From UHGV virus genome UHGV-1363143: a stretch of DNA of 64,000 bases. The stretch is one strand, 5' to 3'. The notes beneath the pieces are model-generated. The model worked only from the letters and a program-made list of their open reading frames with translations. It did no database searches and was not told the DNA's origin. A program made the translations under genes and the position numbers. Positions 41,601 to 51,248 of the stretch are shown here, in pieces; the first letter of the stretch is position 1; each line of letters begins with the position of its first letter. The DNA comes from a virus.

Positions 41601-43829
41601 ACTGAAGAAATAAAACTTGGCTCTACTATAAAGTTGAAAGATATTTACACAGCTGAAAATAAAGAGCTTGTAGAGTTAGATCAATATATAATCGACACAA
41701 CAGATAAAGACTATGATGTAGTTTATAAGTATGATATAAATAATACTGCATATGACAAAGCTGAATTTGTCACAGTAAAAAATGATGGATTCAACAAATT
41801 GAGATATAGCAATGTCTATGAAATTAAATACTTAGGTAAAGAAGTATTTGATGAAACAGACGATAGTATAGAGCAAATAAAAAAAGAAGCTTATGAGCTT
41901 GATAAGGAAAAAGGAATTATAATATGGAAAGATGAAGAACTTATAAATAGTGGAGCAAAATTATATATTATATATTCAATCAAAAAAGCTATAGCAATTA
42001 AATTTAATATAGATTCATTGTATAGAAAAATACAATATCCAATAAATGCTTATAAGAAAATTAATTCTTATAGATTAGACAATATTGAAAATGGTAGGAA
42101 GATTGATTTATTAAATCCTCTTATTGGTGATATTGAGCTTTCTAATAAAATTGCTAACGATTATAAGAAGAGTAGTGCAGTGTATGTTAATTGCAGACAA
42201 GCTGGATTTGCAGCTGAAAAGACTGATAATTTATTAGTTATTAAGAAAATAGCTGAGGCTAATACTCTTGCTATTAAGTCAGGCTGGTATTATTTATTAG
42301 GTAGAGAATATTATATGTTTGCTACAGACCAATCTCAGAATATAGTTGAAGATGAATATGCAACATCTCAAGAGGTTAGTAAGATTGATAATGAGTTATT
42401 ATTACACAAGAAAACATCAAACCATATAAAGAATTCAAAAATGATTCTTGGATCTTTGGCTAACTCGCATAGTATTTTTGACTTTGAAGATATAAAAACG
42501 TTAAGAGGAAGTAGTACTGTAAATTCAATAACTGCATGTGATAGTTATAATTATTGGCAAACTTTTGCAATGGACTTAAGTTTGACAGATGGATTAAACG
42601 GGTTAGGATTATTATTCAAACCACATGATAGACTCAATGTGGGATATGCATTATTGGATATCACTAAATACATTTCAGATAAAACACACATTTCTTTTTA
42701 CAATCCAGATAACCTATCAGTCTATATTGGTAAGGAAAAATTAATAAAGGACTTATCTTTAACAGACGCAGTTTCAATAGGTTCAATGTCAGAAATCACA
42801 GATAAAGACATAGACAATATTTATTATTCTACATTCAATAAAGAAGAAAACCATAAATACTATTTAATAGTAATGGGGCAAGGAATACTGGACGATATCA
42901 TTGTTCAAGATGGAGATACCCTTAATGTAGATCTTCATAAGAAAAATATCTCTAACCTAAACCTGGATTTATATGAAGCAACCACTTCAGGAGTTGTATC
43001 AAGAGTAATCTTAGATCAAGAAAAAGGCAATAAAAATAATGGTGCAGAAATTAATAGTACAGGGTATATAGTTAATGCCTCAAATATTGATTGGAATATT
43101 ACTAAGATAAAAAGTTATACTACTGAAAAGGATTGGCTATCAGGATGGGATTTAGAAAATGTAAATGTAACTAGAATCAATGATAAAGACTGTGCTTTAG
43201 TTACAGAAGGTACTTTAGGAAAAATAGTTACAAGACCTATTTATGTAGGAGATCCTAACACGATAAATAGCATTATATTTAAAATAAATAATGTGCCTAT
43301 AAAATCAATGCAAGGATTTGATGCTCAATTATTACAAGCACAAATTAGCAATGGTGCATACTTGCCTTGTAAGCAAAAACTAAATAATAGTTCAGCGTTA
43401 AACTACACTAAAGATTTAATGTATCCATATATAAAATTGTCTGTAGATATACAAAAAAATAAGGTAATAGACAATATAGAAATTTATATAGAGTACAAAT
43501 CTTCTAACCAATTTGCTCCTACAGAAAGAATAGAAGCAAACGGACAATTCCTAACAAAAGTTTTTGACAGTCACTATACTTCAACTTATAAGCTAAAGGC
43601 TGTTGAGATTGAAGATAAGGATGGGGCAGTAGACTTATTCATAAGAGCTGCTAAAGAGAAGTCAGGATTATCTGTATGGACAGATTGGTATCCAATACAA
43701 ATAAAGGATAAAGAAATAGTTAATAACATTGAATTTGAAGATTATAGATTCTTCCAAATGAAAGTGCTGTTAGGAGAAAAGGACTCTAAGATAAAGATTA
43801 AACATTTTGATCTAGAGGTGATGAAGTAA
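38643..43829 (+). CDS. Large baseplate or tail-fibre-like structural protein (about 1728 aa). The start is probably the ATG at 38643 with a GGAGGT RBS. The TTG at 38634 is the alternative.
   Basis: It follows the J-like gene, as gpI/gp7-type or fibre proteins do. It is beta-rich and Asn/Tyr/Ile-rich, typical of fibre or baseplate proteins. Confidence 0.4.
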   Translation: MLITKELVEKSIKHFPKWMDIRKRHFSSVGGKLLSSVAREVAEIQDSIDEYIKQHFIPFYEDKCERIPDFIYKANIGNVDIEKITLVEPNLEIITDIKIFYETDNVAYYQDGFIFIKDKMDNIFYMLDGYKNEAQLEKMHVWNTYDEFAAFVGIERYQDESNLELFNRIINVSKNVLNSSEEGIKNAITSSLINIIPELSIEDIKLERPTAENLVKYYDEFNTILDKLADVNKDILKNKKWDIDKWNNDFKQIDYIPHTWDIILKEITNGIGDNDDLRPIFIDAINTTDVDISFYEKSEEHIDSFIRDKEIDDTLNLSLIKYNNMLNPYTAKYSITASEAEEIEYEVSGMGQISVDLYETLKGKHTRSIEDLIIDSSSLKDIEIIREGLLEEGKFYRIKFTPKSKYDTMEIINCHVASEYGNIITDNEGNLLTYKDPKDNFILNGDILVNKLVKKSITTLDEFNVHKNAVDIGSGITIDKINEESELILNTVGYSGESVKIFYDSELSKVPDNDIQLNNFFYDEQKKAYVPDATGDTKSITVNTKANQFSTTVSQGQCVVTALINGQPVELTMEYVNGELVYSTPRFNEPQQMLIEIAAMFNNNVEISKLMYSNYTIKVYTEAGELIKNEDEDNLYWMPQGYENKLFIKMRTRTQYSPILRRVFIGTPIDSNESYETDLIVGMENAYLKITSNCNVELYESSKPFAKCDKYSVDQKVTRGYSTDKIYRATSNEAYIILNTAEYFNIDSIDIEEGTYEVTGEGILQRHILKLRSGQGVSSVTITGHYNSLIASKSIYDLIKRENIAYEPYVFDEDGEWISGYKLYANKLLKCFVIENNNFEQSMVKISSDSFDLGSDRVISEAVVSGLPDSLQGAFSSIDGDNGYITIGDTHGGTFTNFYIYPKYAKEYIARNEYTTYAHHREGIEIVNTFNNGYEDGKLMIYQVNPISNEEYDVTFDNGKNWSIGKIGLTIDLHKDKNYNMTQKMITEEIKLGSTIKLKDIYTAENKELVELDQYIIDTTDKDYDVVYKYDINNTAYDKAEFVTVKNDGFNKLRYSNVYEIKYLGKEVFDETDDSIEQIKKEAYELDKEKGIIIWKDEELINSGAKLYIIYSIKKAIAIKFNIDSLYRKIQYPINAYKKINSYRLDNIENGRKIDLLNPLIGDIELSNKIANDYKKSSAVYVNCRQAGFAAEKTDNLLVIKKIAEANTLAIKSGWYYLLGREYYMFATDQSQNIVEDEYATSQEVSKIDNELLLHKKTSNHIKNSKMILGSLANSHSIFDFEDIKTLRGSSTVNSITACDSYNYWQTFAMDLSLTDGLNGLGLLFKPHDRLNVGYALLDITKYISDKTHISFYNPDNLSVYIGKEKLIKDLSLTDAVSIGSMSEITDKDIDNIYYSTFNKEENHKYYLIVMGQGILDDIIVQDGDTLNVDLHKKNISNLNLDLYEATTSGVVSRVILDQEKGNKNNGAEINSTGYIVNASNIDWNITKIKSYTTEKDWLSGWDLENVNVTRINDKDCALVTEGTLGKIVTRPIYVGDPNTINSIIFKINNVPIKSMQGFDAQLLQAQISNGAYLPCKQKLNNSSALNYTKDLMYPYIKLSVDIQKNKVIDNIEIYIEYKSSNQFAPTERIEANGQFLTKVFDSHYTSTYKLKAVEIEDKDGAVDLFIRAAKEKSGLSVWTDWYPIQIKDKEIVNNIEFEDYRFFQMKVLLGEKDSKIKIKHFDLEVMK

Positions 43830-45703
43830 TGCTGCTATCAAATAGTAGAATAGAAAAAAATAAGAGAGTTCAGTTTTATGAACAAGACATACTATTGGAT
43901 GATCATATTTACTCTGGAAACCTGCAAGTTACTATAGATTTAGATTATATAAGCCCAGGCATAGGCATAGCCCTCGTTTCTGACGAGGGTTTATCTTTAA
44001 ACGAGGATGGTGAAACATACTTATTTAGAGTTGGGCATAGTGACTATAGTATCGTTAGAAGGTATGGAGATAAAGTAGAAGTATTAGAAAATGGCCCTGC
44101 TATTAATATTAAACCTTTTAAAGAAAACATGAAGTTACAAATAAAGAAAATTAATAGCAGAGTTTATTTTTATGTTAATGATAAGCTTCTTAGCAAAAAA
44201 TATTTACCTACTAACTTAGAGAGCTTTATGATTGGATATTACAGTAATGCTGGAAACATAATTAATTCAATAAGTATTGCTTCGGAAATACCTGAAGGAT
44301 GGGTAGTTAATATGAGCAATACCAATGGAGGATATATCAATTTTTATCCTAATGCATTTGCTGTAACTAATTGCCTAGATAAGGCCGAAGTAGAACAAGT
44401 TAAAATTAAACTTAAAGCAAATACTCCAAGTAATCCTTATTATTATCTAAAATATAATAAAGAACCTATAAATGAGTGTAACGATTTTAATGCATTTGTA
44501 TTTATGTCAGATGATGATAGATATGTAGATGAAGATAAAAATATTTTAGATAAATATAATAGGTTCATATTAAAGGATGATTCTGAAATCAACTTAAAGT
44601 TTGTTGGTACAATAGGGAAAATTAAGGACATTCAAATATCTGATAGGAAAGATGATTTCTATGTAGGTACAGATTATGAAATGACAGAAATAAAGGAAAG
44701 CTTTATAAGAATAAAGACTAATGACCTTGTAAAAATAGAATGGTCTGGAGTTATATATGGAACTCCTGAATATGACATTGATATTCCAAATCCTGAAAAG
44801 TTCGGAGTAATTAAAGATAATGATAAAATTTATTTTCCAGAGCAATGTGGAGTTGAAGTTGGAAAAGAATTCAAATATGAATACACACTGGAGTTAAATA
44901 AAAATAATCCAAAAGATAAGTTTATAATCAAGCATGATAAAGAGACTAATTATCTAGATGTAAATATAATAGATCAAGTTACTATATTTGAAAATGTAGA
45001 TGCAATTATAGATAAGTTAATTCTATACAAAGAAGATGGAACAATTGTTGACATAATAATAGAAGATACTAAAAAACAATATGTGCCATCATCAATTAAA
45101 AGTCCAATAATAGTAACAACAGAAACAGAAGAACCTCTTGATCTATCATCATCTTATAGAGTTATAGAAAAAGATGGCATCACAAACTATGTATTTACAA
45201 ATGTAGAAAGAGAAATCTTTGCACCAAGCAATAGATTAAAACTTACAAATAGACCATCTAATAAGTTGGACACCATTGTAATATATGGAGTATTGAAAGA
45301 ATCCAACATTAATGAAGATAAAATAATGCATTCAGTAAAAGAAGATATAAGAGATATAAGTCTTTATGCTGATAGCTTTGAAATAATAAATGAAGCCTCT
45401 ATGTACAGAGTAAATAAAGATACTGGAATAATAGTAATCACAGACCAAGATGATAATTATATTAAATCTAAATATAGCAAATTGGTAGTTGATTATTTAA
45501 AGAGCAATAGCTATGCGATCAACTATAAGCATGAACTTGGAAGTTATGAGGTTGATATATCTACATCAGAAAATACAAAAATGTATTATGATGGAGCTTC
45601 TCAAGGAGACAATAATGAGCTTGTAAATATACAAGAATATAAATTATTAAACACTGTATTTAAAAATAATAGTTACATCGTACTAAGGGAAGGTGATAAG
45701 TGA
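43829..45703 (+). CDS. Hypothetical tail or baseplate structural protein (624 aa).
   Basis: It is translationally coupled (TAATG) and has a GAGGTGATGA RBS. Confidence 0.4.
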   Translation: MLLSNSRIEKNKRVQFYEQDILLDDHIYSGNLQVTIDLDYISPGIGIALVSDEGLSLNEDGETYLFRVGHSDYSIVRRYGDKVEVLENGPAINIKPFKENMKLQIKKINSRVYFYVNDKLLSKKYLPTNLESFMIGYYSNAGNIINSISIASEIPEGWVVNMSNTNGGYINFYPNAFAVTNCLDKAEVEQVKIKLKANTPSNPYYYLKYNKEPINECNDFNAFVFMSDDDRYVDEDKNILDKYNRFILKDDSEINLKFVGTIGKIKDIQISDRKDDFYVGTDYEMTEIKESFIRIKTNDLVKIEWSGVIYGTPEYDIDIPNPEKFGVIKDNDKIYFPEQCGVEVGKEFKYEYTLELNKNNPKDKFIIKHDKETNYLDVNIIDQVTIFENVDAIIDKLILYKEDGTIVDIIIEDTKKQYVPSSIKSPIIVTTETEEPLDLSSSYRVIEKDGITNYVFTNVEREIFAPSNRLKLTNRPSNKLDTIVIYGVLKESNINEDKIMHSVKEDIRDISLYADSFEIINEASMYRVNKDTGIIVITDQDDNYIKSKYSKLVVDYLKSNSYAINYKHELGSYEVDISTSENTKMYYDGASQGDNNELVNIQEYKLLNTVFKNNSYIVLREGDK

Positions 45704-47505
45704 TGAAGATATATCCAGGTAAACATAGAATATATAATGTTACAGAAATAGATACCAATAGAGATATTGCATTAGGATATCTTGATTCAGAGTTTTTAGA
45801 AGAAAAAATAATAATAAATGTGAATGATGAGCTTAGCGTAGATAGTTCTACTGAGCTCCTTCCATATACTTCTTTAAAGTCAGCTGAAATAACTTTGTTT
45901 GATAAAGATGGCAAACCATTAAATAAAGATGAACAGGAAAAGCTATTAATCAAACAAATTACAGGGAATTATATTTATACTCCTAAAGCTTCAGTTACTT
46001 TTGAACCACTTACTTTTGGATATAAAGTACTTGCAAAAAAGAATATGAAGTATCTAACATCTAGAAAATATAACGTCAAAGCTGCATGCTCAGATAAAGA
46101 ACTGGCAAGCAGAATGATTCAATTCTTCTCAGATTCATATGAAAGAAACTTATGTCCTACCAATATAAAATTCAATAATGGAGATAAAAAACTAGAATCC
46201 TTATTTAACTCTTCAATTGAAGATATTGATTTTATATTTATAAATTCTGAAGATGGAAAAACATTTGATGGTGATACTGAGATACCTATAAATGAATATA
46301 TAGATAAAAATACTATTCCATGGATTATATGCGACAACCTACCAGATGAGGATGAAATAGATTATAACGAACAGGAAGCTTTAAAGTTTGAAATATTAAA
46401 TCCAAGTGTAACAAATGCTAGTTCCTTTGAAACCTCATATTATTTTAAAGTACCTAATAATGTTAGGCATTTGTTAAAGAATGAAGAAGTGGCATCAGTT
46501 ACCTATCATAACATTTTCAAACATCATAATGATGTGACTCCTATATTAATAAAAGAAGTGGTTAATAAAGGGTTCGTTATTTATACAAACTCAGAATTTA
46601 TGTCAAGAATATCTGAATTATCAGATGTCTTTTATGAAGTTTTAATGTACGTTTACTTTAGAAGTTATATAGCGACTCAAACCATTACAGAATGGATCAC
46701 TGATGTAATGCCAAACTATATAGTGCAAAATGGTAGATTAACTCAAAAAGAAAAATTTACATCTCATATGGAACTCCATAAATTATTAGGATTAAGAGAG
46801 GGAGATGCAACCCCTATCAATGTTGAAATAGAAGAACCAAAGATTGCTTACTATACTGGTATGTCAAGTAACTATTTAGTATTTAAAAAGATACCTAAAG
46901 CTGAAACAGCAGATCCTATAAAAGATGAAGAGCAAATCTCTATATTCACTGAAAGAAAAAATATTATGTTTTATGACAACTTTGTATATGTAATAAAGGA
47001 AGATATTTCAGATAAAATATCATGCTCAGTGGATAATGGTGTACTTAGGGCAACAGTTAAAAGCTTTAAACATACTGATTTAGATACAGGTTCATACCAA
47101 ACAGAAACTGCTTTTTATGAATTGAATAGCGAATTAATGTCGCAAGAAATTAAACTTACATGGAACAAAAACCTTAAAACTATTGAACTAGTTTCTGAGT
47201 TAAGAGATGAACTTATTTTAATGGCTGGCATTCAGGTAATAAAAGAAAAGAAAGATTCAAAACTATATGATATGCGTCAAAGAGGAGGAGGGCTTCCAGA
47301 AAGCCAGGAAGATAATTATGATTGTCTTGATATTGGACATGTACTTGGTAGGCCATACAGAAAAGGCGGATCATTAATAACAACAGTAAGTATTCCTAAG
47401 AAATATGAATATAAAAAAGATACTGTTTATGAAATCATATATAACACAATTAGAAAGCATATGATAGCAGATGATTATCTTGTTTTAAATCTTGAATTTA
47501 AATAG
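45703..47505 (+). CDS. Hypothetical tail or baseplate structural protein (about 600 aa).
   Basis: It has a TGATG overlap and an AAGGGAAGGTGA RBS. Confidence 0.4.
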   Translation: MKIYPGKHRIYNVTEIDTNRDIALGYLDSEFLEEKIIINVNDELSVDSSTELLPYTSLKSAEITLFDKDGKPLNKDEQEKLLIKQITGNYIYTPKASVTFEPLTFGYKVLAKKNMKYLTSRKYNVKAACSDKELASRMIQFFSDSYERNLCPTNIKFNNGDKKLESLFNSSIEDIDFIFINSEDGKTFDGDTEIPINEYIDKNTIPWIICDNLPDEDEIDYNEQEALKFEILNPSVTNASSFETSYYFKVPNNVRHLLKNEEVASVTYHNIFKHHNDVTPILIKEVVNKGFVIYTNSEFMSRISELSDVFYEVLMYVYFRSYIATQTITEWITDVMPNYIVQNGRLTQKEKFTSHMELHKLLGLREGDATPINVEIEEPKIAYYTGMSSNYLVFKKIPKAETADPIKDEEQISIFTERKNIMFYDNFVYVIKEDISDKISCSVDNGVLRATVKSFKHTDLDTGSYQTETAFYELNSELMSQEIKLTWNKNLKTIELVSELRDELILMAGIQVIKEKKDSKLYDMRQRGGGLPESQEDNYDCLDIGHVLGRPYRKGGSLITTVSIPKKYEYKKDTVYEIIYNTIRKHMIADDYLVLNLEFK

Positions 47506-47520
47506 GAAGGTGAACTAAAG

Positions 47521-49566
47521 ATGGATTATAAACAATTAAAAATAATTGATTTCTCTCAAGGTATAAAATCTTCAGAAGTAATGAATAACGACCTTTCACT
47601 TCAAGAGCAGATAGAGAGAGAAAGATTGGCCATAGCTGGATATGGAATAAACTATGGGCTAAAGCTTAAATTAGCTGAGTCATTCAAACTACGTATTGAA
47701 GATGGAACAATAGTTGATAAAGAAGGTAAAGAACAATTTATACAAGGAAGAACATTTGATATTGAGAAACCTAACTTAATACTTAAAAAGCAAAAGGTTT
47801 TCTCAACAGATAAAGGAGCTATTACTCTTGAGGATGTTCCTTATTCAGAAAGCAGAACTGAACCCTCTGAATTTACAGAAAGTAATATGGATTGGGGTAT
47901 AGAGGCATATTATGAAGATGATCCTTCAACTGAGCTTTTTATATCTGCAATAAAAGGAAATGTAATATATACAAGTTCTAAAAACGACAAGAGAGCAATT
48001 ATTGTAAATTATAATGTAGCTTACGATAGAATTGATACTGTTTATATTAACACGGATTATCAAGTTGCTATTAAAGCTGGAATAGATTCTACTACTCCTT
48101 CAGCATATATTCCTGAAGATTGTAAATATGTTTTAGGATTTTTAAAAGTTGTTAGCCATTTCTATGATGAAGATAAAAAATATCCTTTGGCTAATGTTTC
48201 TATTATAGAAGAATTTAATAATAGAAGAACAATTTATACAGATATAAATAATAATTTATATTTATGTGGGATACCATTTGAAAGTCTTTTAAGAATATAT
48301 TTTGAAGAACCTAAGGATCCAAAAGAAGGAATGCTTTGGTATGACATGACTACCAATAAGCTTAAAATATGGAGAAGAACAGACTTCTTCATGTTTACTG
48401 ATACAGTAACATATACAAGTATTGATCCATCTGATAAGCAGATATTTAAAACTAGTGTAGGTTACAGAGGAGAACAGCTTTCAGTATATGTAGAAACCAG
48501 AGCTGTTTCAGGTGATAAGGTATGGACTAAGCTGACTGATGAGCAATTAGAGTTATTTGTGGATTTAGATCCTTCTGAAATCGGAAAATTAGAATCTAAA
48601 GAATTTAGAATAATACCTAAGATAGTACCTAACACAAAAGTTAAGTACACAATCAATAGATATGATGATAGTTATTACTGGGTTCCTATAAATGATACAT
48701 CTTATATATCAGCAAATGAATACAAAATGTGGGCCCCAAATGATACAGGCGAAAATCTGGTTGAGTATTTACCAGGATTAAATCTAGCAGAAATGCAAGA
48801 AGATAGGCCTAATCATGACCTTAGAAATTTCTTATTTAAGTCAAGTGAACTTAATTTAAGATTTACTCCATATAAGAATGAACTAAGTTTAATGATTGAC
48901 CAAATACCATTGCATAGAGATCAGTTTATAGAAATAACAGTAGAGGATGTTTTAAACAGTTCCGAACTTACTGAACTTGCAATTAATCATTATGGATATA
49001 CTACTGAATTCTTACAAGATTTAAAGGAAACCTACAAAGAACTTGGAATAGGATTCAAGTTAGTTAATAGCCTGGATAAACCTGCATTCATAGAAGTAAA
49101 CATCCAACATAGAGTAAATGATTCTATATTAAAGAATAAGTTCCAAAGAAATGCAACATTTGCAAAAACACAAACTCTTGTATATAACCCAGACAGTGGA
49201 TTAACTCCATTATCTACAAAAGATAACTTAATTCATGTCTTTACATTAATACCATATAGATATGGAGAAGAACAGCTTGAAGTATTTGTAGATGGAAAAA
49301 GAATTAAGAATGAATTAATTACAGAAGTTACTTCTGGAGAACCTGTTCTTGGAGCAATGTGTAAGCAATTCTCATTAAATCCAGATGAAGTTGGGCTTGT
49401 TAAAGGTTCAGAAATAACATATAAAATAACAACCAATGTTTATTCATATGACCATGTAGAGTCAGTTATAAGAGAATCTCAGCAAGAACTTAATAATAAG
49501 ATTGCAGATCTTGAGGAGATAATAAATGAACTAAAAATAAAAGTAGACAACATAATAGATTATTAA
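47521..49566 (+). CDS. Hypothetical tail or baseplate structural protein (681 aa).
   Basis: It has an AGGAAGGTGA RBS. A C-terminal coiled-coil segment (ADLEEIINELKIKVDNIIDY) is present. A terminator follows. Confidence 0.4.
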   Translation: MDYKQLKIIDFSQGIKSSEVMNNDLSLQEQIERERLAIAGYGINYGLKLKLAESFKLRIEDGTIVDKEGKEQFIQGRTFDIEKPNLILKKQKVFSTDKGAITLEDVPYSESRTEPSEFTESNMDWGIEAYYEDDPSTELFISAIKGNVIYTSSKNDKRAIIVNYNVAYDRIDTVYINTDYQVAIKAGIDSTTPSAYIPEDCKYVLGFLKVVSHFYDEDKKYPLANVSIIEEFNNRRTIYTDINNNLYLCGIPFESLLRIYFEEPKDPKEGMLWYDMTTNKLKIWRRTDFFMFTDTVTYTSIDPSDKQIFKTSVGYRGEQLSVYVETRAVSGDKVWTKLTDEQLELFVDLDPSEIGKLESKEFRIIPKIVPNTKVKYTINRYDDSYYWVPINDTSYISANEYKMWAPNDTGENLVEYLPGLNLAEMQEDRPNHDLRNFLFKSSELNLRFTPYKNELSLMIDQIPLHRDQFIEITVEDVLNSSELTELAINHYGYTTEFLQDLKETYKELGIGFKLVNSLDKPAFIEVNIQHRVNDSILKNKFQRNATFAKTQTLVYNPDSGLTPLSTKDNLIHVFTLIPYRYGEEQLEVFVDGKRIKNELITEVTSGEPVLGAMCKQFSLNPDEVGLVKGSEITYKITTNVYSYDHVESVIRESQQELNNKIADLEEIINELKIKVDNIIDY

Positions 49567-49571
49567 TGTGA

Positions 49572-49600
49572 AGAGGCCATATTATTAGGCCTCTTTGTTT
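49572..49600 (+). terminator. Rho-independent terminator.
   Basis: The stem is AGAGGCC / GGCCTCT, followed by TTGTTT. Confidence 0.5.
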
Positions 49601-49644
49601 AAGTAATGAATTATTAGTGACAAATAAGAATGAGGTGATTCAAA

Positions 49645-50085
49645 ATGAAGAATGCAAATGTCAATTGGTTTGTAAAAGAGCCTGATGACGTATATGTTGC
49701 TCATACAGAATATTATGCGGGCTCTTGTAATTCTATGGAAGACTTCGTTATTGATATAGAGCTTTGGAATAATAGATGGAACAATAAAGAAGATGCAGCT
49801 CACATGAGAAATGCTAAATTAGTTATTAGTTTCGCTAATGCAGAAGACTCTGTTCTTTTATCTTTATGTGAAGTAAAAGTTAATGACGGAACCTTCAATA
49901 AACCAGATACAAGTGAATTCAATAGAGGGATAGTTGAACTCGGAACAATATCTGGCTCTAAGAACAATGGCCATGAAAGCAATACAGACAATTATAGAAA
50001 AATAACTTTAAAATTTTCTAATATACCTAACAATTTTAGAAGTGGCTTGAAATCATTATTCCTTGACACACAATTTGATGAATAG
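49645..50085 (+). CDS. Hypothetical protein (146 aa).
   Basis: It has an ATGAGGTGA RBS. Confidence 0.4.
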   Translation: MKNANVNWFVKEPDDVYVAHTEYYAGSCNSMEDFVIDIELWNNRWNNKEDAAHMRNAKLVISFANAEDSVLLSLCEVKVNDGTFNKPDTSEFNRGIVELGTISGSKNNGHESNTDNYRKITLKFSNIPNNFRSGLKSLFLDTQFDE

Positions 50086-50096
50086 GAGGAATTAAC

Positions 50097-51236
50097 ATGG
50101 CTTTTCAAATTAATGAAAAAATGATGGCCCATGATCGTGCCATAATCACACGTAACAAAACAGAAAAGGATTTATTGAAAGATGATGTTGTAAGGTTTAA
50201 ACCTGGTATGGCTCATTATATTTCAGAGAATCAAAAATTATGGTTAAGTGTTGAACCAAAAAAACTTTCTGATAACAGCATAAGAAAATTCTTGGAAGTG
50301 ATAACCGATGTTAGGTTAACACAAATCCTACTAGACTATGTTAATAGAGATGGTGGTTCTAAGAACAGTATGAGAGGACCATTGCATTCAGTAGTTACTA
50401 CAGGAACCTCACCTTTTGTTATAGCAAGTACAACAAAGGTAGAAAATTTAAATGTAGACAGAGTAGATGATATGCATGTAAGTGTGCCTACAGCTAATAA
50501 TACTATAGTCGGTAGAGACACTTCTGGAAATATCAACGTAAACACTACTATTAATTTTAACAAAGACAAAATTGAAAATACTGCAACTGGATTAGAGTTG
50601 AAGAAAAAGGATGGCTCAGGATATACTGATTTATCTGTAGCAACTATCAATTCCTCTACTGGCATATTAAGAGCAGGTAATGCATCTACCAAAGGAGTTA
50701 TTGAATGGAAGAATAATGTATGGAATGTTGGAGTCGAAGGCAATACCTCTGAAATTGTAACAAAAAGTTTATATGGACATGGCAAAGGTATCAACGCTGA
50801 CATGGTTGATAATAGACATGTTGATGACAGCCAAATAAGCACTAGTCATTTATGGACATCTAAAAAAATAGATGATTCAAAAGCACCTAGAGGATTTGGA
50901 CTTGGAACAGATATAAATTCTATCCCTAATAACGATTGTAATGCAATTAATGGTACTGGATTCTTTTCAGGAACTACTCCTGCTAATGGAGTTGCAAATG
51001 AATCTGGTGAAGTTTTGATTCAATCTTATATTAGTTCAGAGAAACAATTTCAAACAATAGAATATACAGTTTCAAAAAAAATATATACAAGATATAAAAT
51101 AGACAACACATGGACAGCATGGAATAAAATAATGACCAAAATTGATGTTTCTGATGAAGTGGTACATATCGTACTTAGTTCTTCAGAGCCAGCTAAAACA
51201 AATAATGAAGATATTTACTGGTATGAAATACTATAA
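50097..51236 (+). CDS. Hypothetical tail-fibre-region protein (379 aa).
   Basis: It has a TAGGAGGAA RBS. It is beta-rich and Asn/Thr/Gly-rich. Confidence 0.4.
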   Translation: MAFQINEKMMAHDRAIITRNKTEKDLLKDDVVRFKPGMAHYISENQKLWLSVEPKKLSDNSIRKFLEVITDVRLTQILLDYVNRDGGSKNSMRGPLHSVVTTGTSPFVIASTTKVENLNVDRVDDMHVSVPTANNTIVGRDTSGNINVNTTINFNKDKIENTATGLELKKKDGSGYTDLSVATINSSTGILRAGNASTKGVIEWKNNVWNVGVEGNTSEIVTKSLYGHGKGINADMVDNRHVDDSQISTSHLWTSKKIDDSKAPRGFGLGTDINSIPNNDCNAINGTGFFSGTTPANGVANESGEVLIQSYISSEKQFQTIEYTVSKKIYTRYKIDNTWTAWNKIMTKIDVSDEVVHIVLSSSEPAKTNNEDIYWYEIL

Positions 51237-51248
51237 AGGAGGATAAGG